Positions 61,401 through 64,000 of a stretch of 64,000 nt of DNA are shown one piece after another. This DNA is from an uncultured archaeon (lineage in GTDB: Archaea; Asgardarchaeota; Thorarchaeia; Thorarchaeales; Thorarchaeaceae), in the NCBI GenBank assembly GCA_964631415.1, contig CAZVZC010000006.1:3001-67000 (forward strand). Direction: 5' to 3'. The position numbers were made by a program, and so were the translations under genes. Under the pieces are notes generated by a model that was not told where the DNA came from, ran no database searches, and saw nothing but the letters and a program-made list of their open reading frames with translations. The number at the start of each line of letters is the position of its first letter. Positions within the stretch are counted from its first letter, which is position 1.

Positions 61401-64000
61401 TATGAAGAGGTCCATGAAGCGTACACGAGCCCCTTGAAGAGCGACTCGGATGATGATGGAGTCCTTGACGGCAATGACGATCAGGACAATGATGGCCTGA
61501 CCAATCTGCAGGAAATCCGAACCTATGGCACCAATGCGACGAACTGGGACACTGATGGTGATATGCTGAGGGACGGGTTGGAGATCAGCCTCGGCCTGAA
61601 TGCAACTGAGGCAGATACTGACAAGGATGGTCTCTACGATGGATATGAGGACCTGAACCACAACGGCAGATGCGACATGGGTGAGTCGGGAGAAGATCCT
61701 GACGCTGACGGTGTTGTCGACGCTGGTGAAACTGACCCCGCGAACGCTGACACCGATGGAGACGGTCTGAATGATGGAGATGAGTGGACTCATGGAACCA
61801 ACCCATTGAGGGAGGACTCGGACAGCGACGGTCTCTTAGATGGGCAGGAGGTCCACAGTTTTGGCACCAGTCCTCTGAGCAATGACACGGACCTTGACAT
61901 GCTGAGCGACTACATTGAGGTCAACGTCACACTGACCGACCCCTTGAGCAACATGACGCATTCGGGAGTGCTAGACTACGACTGGGACTCAGACTCAGAC
62001 GGTCTGACAAATGGAGAAGAGGTCTATGTCTACAGGACTTCACCTGGAGACATGGACTCAGACAATGACGGTCTGTTCGATGGATTCGAGATAAATGGTT
62101 TCACCGTGTCGTTCTACAATAGTAGCGGCACATTGGAAACTATGATGGTCATTTCTGACCCTCTTCAATTGGACTCAGACGGAGACAATCTGACCGACTA
62201 CGATGAGTGGGTGTATGGAACAGACCCCAGAAGAAAAGACACGGACCGCGATGGTATCGACGATCACATAGAGATATCCTACCTGTCTACGAACGCCACC
62301 CGTTGGTCAACGTTCATGAATGGAACATCCGACTTCCATCTTGATAACGATGGCGACGGCCTTTCAAATGGCCTGGAAATATATGGATACAACTCGAATG
62401 CTACCAGTTCAGATAGTGATGTTGATGGCCTGCCGGACGGTATAGAGGTCTATATTGCAGGTTCCAGCCCAACAGACAAGGACACAGACAATGATGGGCT
62501 CTCGGACTATCTCGAGTACATGGTCTGTAAGACGAACCCACGGGAAAACGACAGCGACTTCGATGGGCTCACAGACTACTACGAGGTCTACACATCACTG
62601 ACAGACCCTAACAACTGGGATAGCGACGTCGACGGACTCTCGGATGCAGATGAGGTGAATCAATACGGGACTGACCCCAACAAGGCGGACTCTGATTCGG
62701 ACGGGATAGGCGACAAGAGGGAACTCGACCTTGGCACAGACCCGAACTCAAACGACACTGATTCTGACGGACTTAGCGATTGGCAGGAATGGAAGGTGTA
62801 TCGCACTGACCCCACTGTGGCAGACTCTGATAGTGACGGTCTGAAGGACGGGGATGAGATCAGTAATGGAACGGATCCCATGAACCCCGACACTGATTTC
62901 GACTCTCTGACAGACGGTGACGAGGTCAACAAGTATAGCACGGACCCCATGAACCCCGACACTGACTCTGACGGACTGGCAGACAACGACGAGATACTCA
63001 ACAGCCATACAGACCCAACAAACCCAGATAGCAACGGCAACGGAATCCGCGACGACCTTGATGATGAGGACGCCGACGGGCTCAACAACTTCCTTGAGAT
63101 ATACATGTACCAGACGAACTGCACACTGCTGGACACCGACGGAGATCGCCTAGCCGACGGCTACGAAGTCTTCACGAGTCACACTGATCCACGAAAGGCG
63201 GACTCTGACGAAGACGGACTCGATGACTGGGATGAGATGTTTCGATATTCCACCGACCCTAAAGCGGTTGACTCTGATGGAGATGGTTTGACCGATGGGG
63301 AGGAGGTCCTGACCTACCACACACTCCCGAACAAGAGTGACACAGACAATGACACTGTCAACGACTATGACGAGCTCAAGGTGTTCGCTACCGATCCTCT
63401 GAACCCGGACTCCGACTTCGACGGACTGACAGACGGACAAGAGCTCTACGTATACAATACCGACCCCCTGAGAGAGGATACCGACTCGGATGGGCTTCTC
63501 GACTCTCGAGAGATACTTCTACGCACTAACCCCCTGAGCAATGACACTGACAGCGACAGGCTCAGCGACTTTGAGGAGGCAAACGTCACTCTCACTGATC
63601 CACTGGTGTATAGCACCAAGGGTGACGGAACTTCTGATGCAGACTGGGACATGGACAACGACACCCTCACCAACTGGCAGGAGATTCGCCTCACAAAGAC
63701 AGACCCGCGTAATGCGGACAGCGATAGTGACACCATCTTAGATGGCGCTGACGACGAGGACAGGGACTTGCTGACCAACTATGAGGAGTGCTGGCTTACT
63801 AGGACAGACCCAAGAAACAAAGACAGCGATGGTGACGGGGTTTCGGACCTCAATGACGACGAAGACGGCGAGGGGCTAACGAACGGAGAAGAGTGCCACA
63901 CCTATTTCACGAATCCGTTGGTCGAAGATACGGACGGTGACAGACTATCAGACTACGAAGAGGCAAAGGAATACGGCACGAATCCATTGATGAAGGATTC
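58482..64000 (+). CDS. Giant secreted/surface protein (5' partial in window, >1839 codons): signal peptide + FG-GAP/VCBS propeller + long array of thrombospondin-type-3-like Ca-binding repeats
   Basis: This ORF is not on the ORF track because it has no stop before the window end. The ATG at 58482 overlaps the upstream TGA (ATGA). I translated the frame by hand from 58482 through ~60660 and at spot checks to 63840 and found no stop. N-terminus 'MKTLYVALVTILALALISMQQPASD'. Repeats include 'TDPxxxDSDSDGLxDGxE'. Confidence 0.85.
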   Translation, partial: MKTLYVALVTILALALISMQQPASDQFALQIDVRPVHTPSAPAVLTPFMTASVWSNTTGSQVVDLVLADVDGDGLDEAAAVTQNGTLFLFAENGTKLWQMNLGASPYAMEQAAADADAKMELLIGTAKGLLVVCGNQSIATNVTLSNAVRAVAPVDLNGDSIDELSAGCDDYRVYAYALNATQLWNYTSNGRVRRILADDFDLDGLGEILSASDGRRVTLLESNGTAVFEELSPSTIGVMGSGDLTGSSDLEAIVGTGAGTIQVYWRNGTLAFSVAVNSSVSSLTTGQVVVGGYDEFAVGTSGNELRVYSSSGSLMWNRTLGGQVSVVKLLDVAGLPENQVLAGSDGGALFLYNASGYRVNQTVVGGLVGVLDVGDLDGNGKAEYAAGTNTGLMTVYGLDYDRDGLADARETLIVGTLWDNPDTDGDRLTDGQEVLQYGTNPLKPDSDSDGLSDFAEVITYGTDPNSVDSDADRLTDWQEVYLGTNPNRADTDGDQLTDYEENNVTLTDPEVADTNGNGINDAQDDNDGEGLTNIQEVRLTYTDPNDVDSDNDGVSDYYDDQDADNLANWKEISVGTDPLNPDSDSDGLRDGDEVKFWKTDPLSEDTDSDQLTDYDEVMTVHSNPKVADTDGDGLDDYAEYVTYGTNSSDPDTDDDGLNDYDEIRVYSTNATNPDSDADGLLDGAEVNTWKTDPNSNDTDLDGLTDYAEVVTWHTNATLTDTDADGLDDGQEIITYHTNATSVDTDLDGVWDKDEVDRYPIFNATNAHTFNSTVNDYEWDYDSDGLSNGFEIYMTRTNPLLADTDGDGTLDDLEDSDLDGLDNYEELVAATHPRRPDSDGDGVKDGDEVKVLDTDPNDKDTDDDSTNDYDEDFDGDRLSNGVELYITHTDPKNAHTHGAGQARDDYYDSDSDGLSNWFEVVMSRTDPVYNDTDDDGTLDTQEDPDNDRLDNIHEFLAGTDPLAADTDSDGLTDYEEVHEAYTSPLKSDSDDDGVLDGNDDQDNDGLTNLQEIRTYGTNATNWDTDGDMLRDGLEISLGLNATEADTDKDGLYDGYEDLNHNGRCDMGESGEDPDADGVVDAGETDPANADTDGDGLNDGDEWTHGTNPLREDSDSDGLLDGQEVHSFGTSPLSNDTDLDMLSDYIEVNVTLTDPLSNMTHSGVLDYDWDSDSDGLTNGEEVYVYRTSPGDMDSDNDGLFDGFEINGFTVSFYNSSGTLETMMVISDPLQLDSDGDNLTDYDEWVYGTDPRRKDTDRDGIDDHIEISYLSTNATRWSTFMNGTSDFHLDNDGDGLSNGLEIYGYNSNATSSDSDVDGLPDGIEVYIAGSSPTDKDTDNDGLSDYLEYMVCKTNPRENDSDFDGLTDYYEVYTSLTDPNNWDSDVDGLSDADEVNQYGTDPNKADSDSDGIGDKRELDLGTDPNSNDTDSDGLSDWQEWKVYRTDPTVADSDSDGLKDGDEISNGTDPMNPDTDFDSLTDGDEVNKYSTDPMNPDTDSDGLADNDEILNSHTDPTNPDSNGNGIRDDLDDEDADGLNNFLEIYMYQTNCTLLDTDGDRLADGYEVFTSHTDPRKADSDEDGLDDWDEMFRYSTDPKAVDSDGDGLTDGEEVLTYHTLPNKSDTDNDTVNDYDELKVFATDPLNPDSDFDGLTDGQELYVYNTDPLREDTDSDGLLDSREILLRTNPLSNDTDSDRLSDFEEANVTLTDPLVYSTKGDGTSDADWDMDNDTLTNWQEIRLTKTDPRNADSDSDTILDGADDEDRDLLTNYEECWLTRTDPRNKDSDGDGVSDLNDDEDGEGLTNGEECHTYFTNPLVEDTDGDRLSDYEEAKEYGTNPLMKD
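58615..59673 (+). other. Domain: FG-GAP/VCBS-type propeller blades of the giant protein
   Basis: 'LADVDGDGLDEAAAVTQNGTLFLF', 'PVDLNGDSIDELSAGCDDYRVYAY', 'ADDFDLDGLGEILSASDGRRVTLL', 'SGDLTGSSDLEAIVGTGAGTIQVY', 'GGYDEFAVGTSGNELRVY', 'ENQVLAGSDGGALFLY', 'VGDLDGNGKAEYAAGTNTGLMTVY'. Confidence 0.7.
59674..64000 (+). repeat. In-frame tandem array of degenerate ~66-78-nt units encoding D-x-D-x-D-G (TSP3-like) calcium-binding repeats
   Basis: Dozens of units of the form '(Y/W)xTDPxxxD(S/T)DxDGLxDxxE'. Example of a recent local duplication: the 20-mer 'cccatgaaccccgacactga' occurs at 62877-62896 and again at 62946-62965, a 69-nt offset. Confidence 0.85.

Noticed and set aside
59681-63778. Many 60-220-aa ORFs on the minus strand and in off frames (e.g. 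60219-60623, 61131-61793, 62660-63136, 63446-63778).
   Set aside because: All lie inside the single long + frame opened at 58482. Their S/V/R-rich repetitive products mirror the GAC/GAT-rich TSP3 repeat codons.
59674-64000. Regular ~70-nt DNA periodicity that could superficially suggest a CRISPR-like or satellite array.
   Set aside because: The units are degenerate, in frame and translate to a coherent DxDxDG repeat protein. There is no alternation of identical repeats with unique spacers, and no cas genes are present.
1-64000. Search for mobile elements, integrases, CRISPR-Cas, restriction-modification or other recognisable defence islands.
   Set aside because: I recognised no transposase, integrase, Cas or endonuclease motifs and no terminal inverted repeats. 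The only candidates are the weak wHTH/NTase pair and the solitary methyltransferase, both reported above.

Overview
Gene-dense 64-kb window with about 50 protein-coding genes on both strands. Many gene junctions overlap by 4 nt, and GTG or TTG starts are frequent. I found no rRNA, tRNA, CRISPR array, transposase or integrase. The housekeeping content is archaeal: geranylgeranyl diphosphate synthase, a geranylgeranyl-reductase-family flavoprotein, four-subunit 2-oxoacid:ferredoxin oxidoreductase (gamma-delta-alpha-beta), indolepyruvate:ferredoxin oxidoreductase, TrmB-like regulators, and surface proteins with a C-terminal TM anchor. The window also carries an unusual number of eukaryote-like signature proteins. 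These are two gelsolin-domain proteins, a longin-Roadblock/LC7 fusion, and a Rab/Ras-like small GTPase fused to a seven-bladed FG-GAP propeller. There is also a giant integrin-alpha-like FG-GAP plus thrombospondin-type-3 repeat protein. This points to an Asgard (Thorarchaeota-like) archaeon, which is an inference from the sequence only. Three items deserve most attention. (1) A tightly coupled + strand module at 50285-64000 combines an ABC-2 permease, an N-terminally extended ABC ATPase, a 1450-aa membrane-anchored subtilase fused to a GldG/DUF4350-like domain, a second ABC ATPase, and a giant open-ended ORF. That ORF (58482 to beyond 64000) is absent from the supplied ORF track. (2) Four tandem, divergent TrmB-like paralogs (16442-20470) are each joined to the next by a 4-nt start/stop overlap. 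(3) The cytoplasmic propeller / beta-sandwich / acidic linker / Rab-like GTPase fusion lies at 24172-26481. Other content includes a Leloir (galT-galK) plus GH38 alpha-mannosidase block, a NitT/TauT-type ABC importer, nadB, a DHH phosphoesterase, GNAT acetyltransferases, an SF2 helicase with a degenerate motif II, and a (S)PPY-motif methyltransferase with no restriction partner. All functional calls come from motif recognition by eye. No database search was run.
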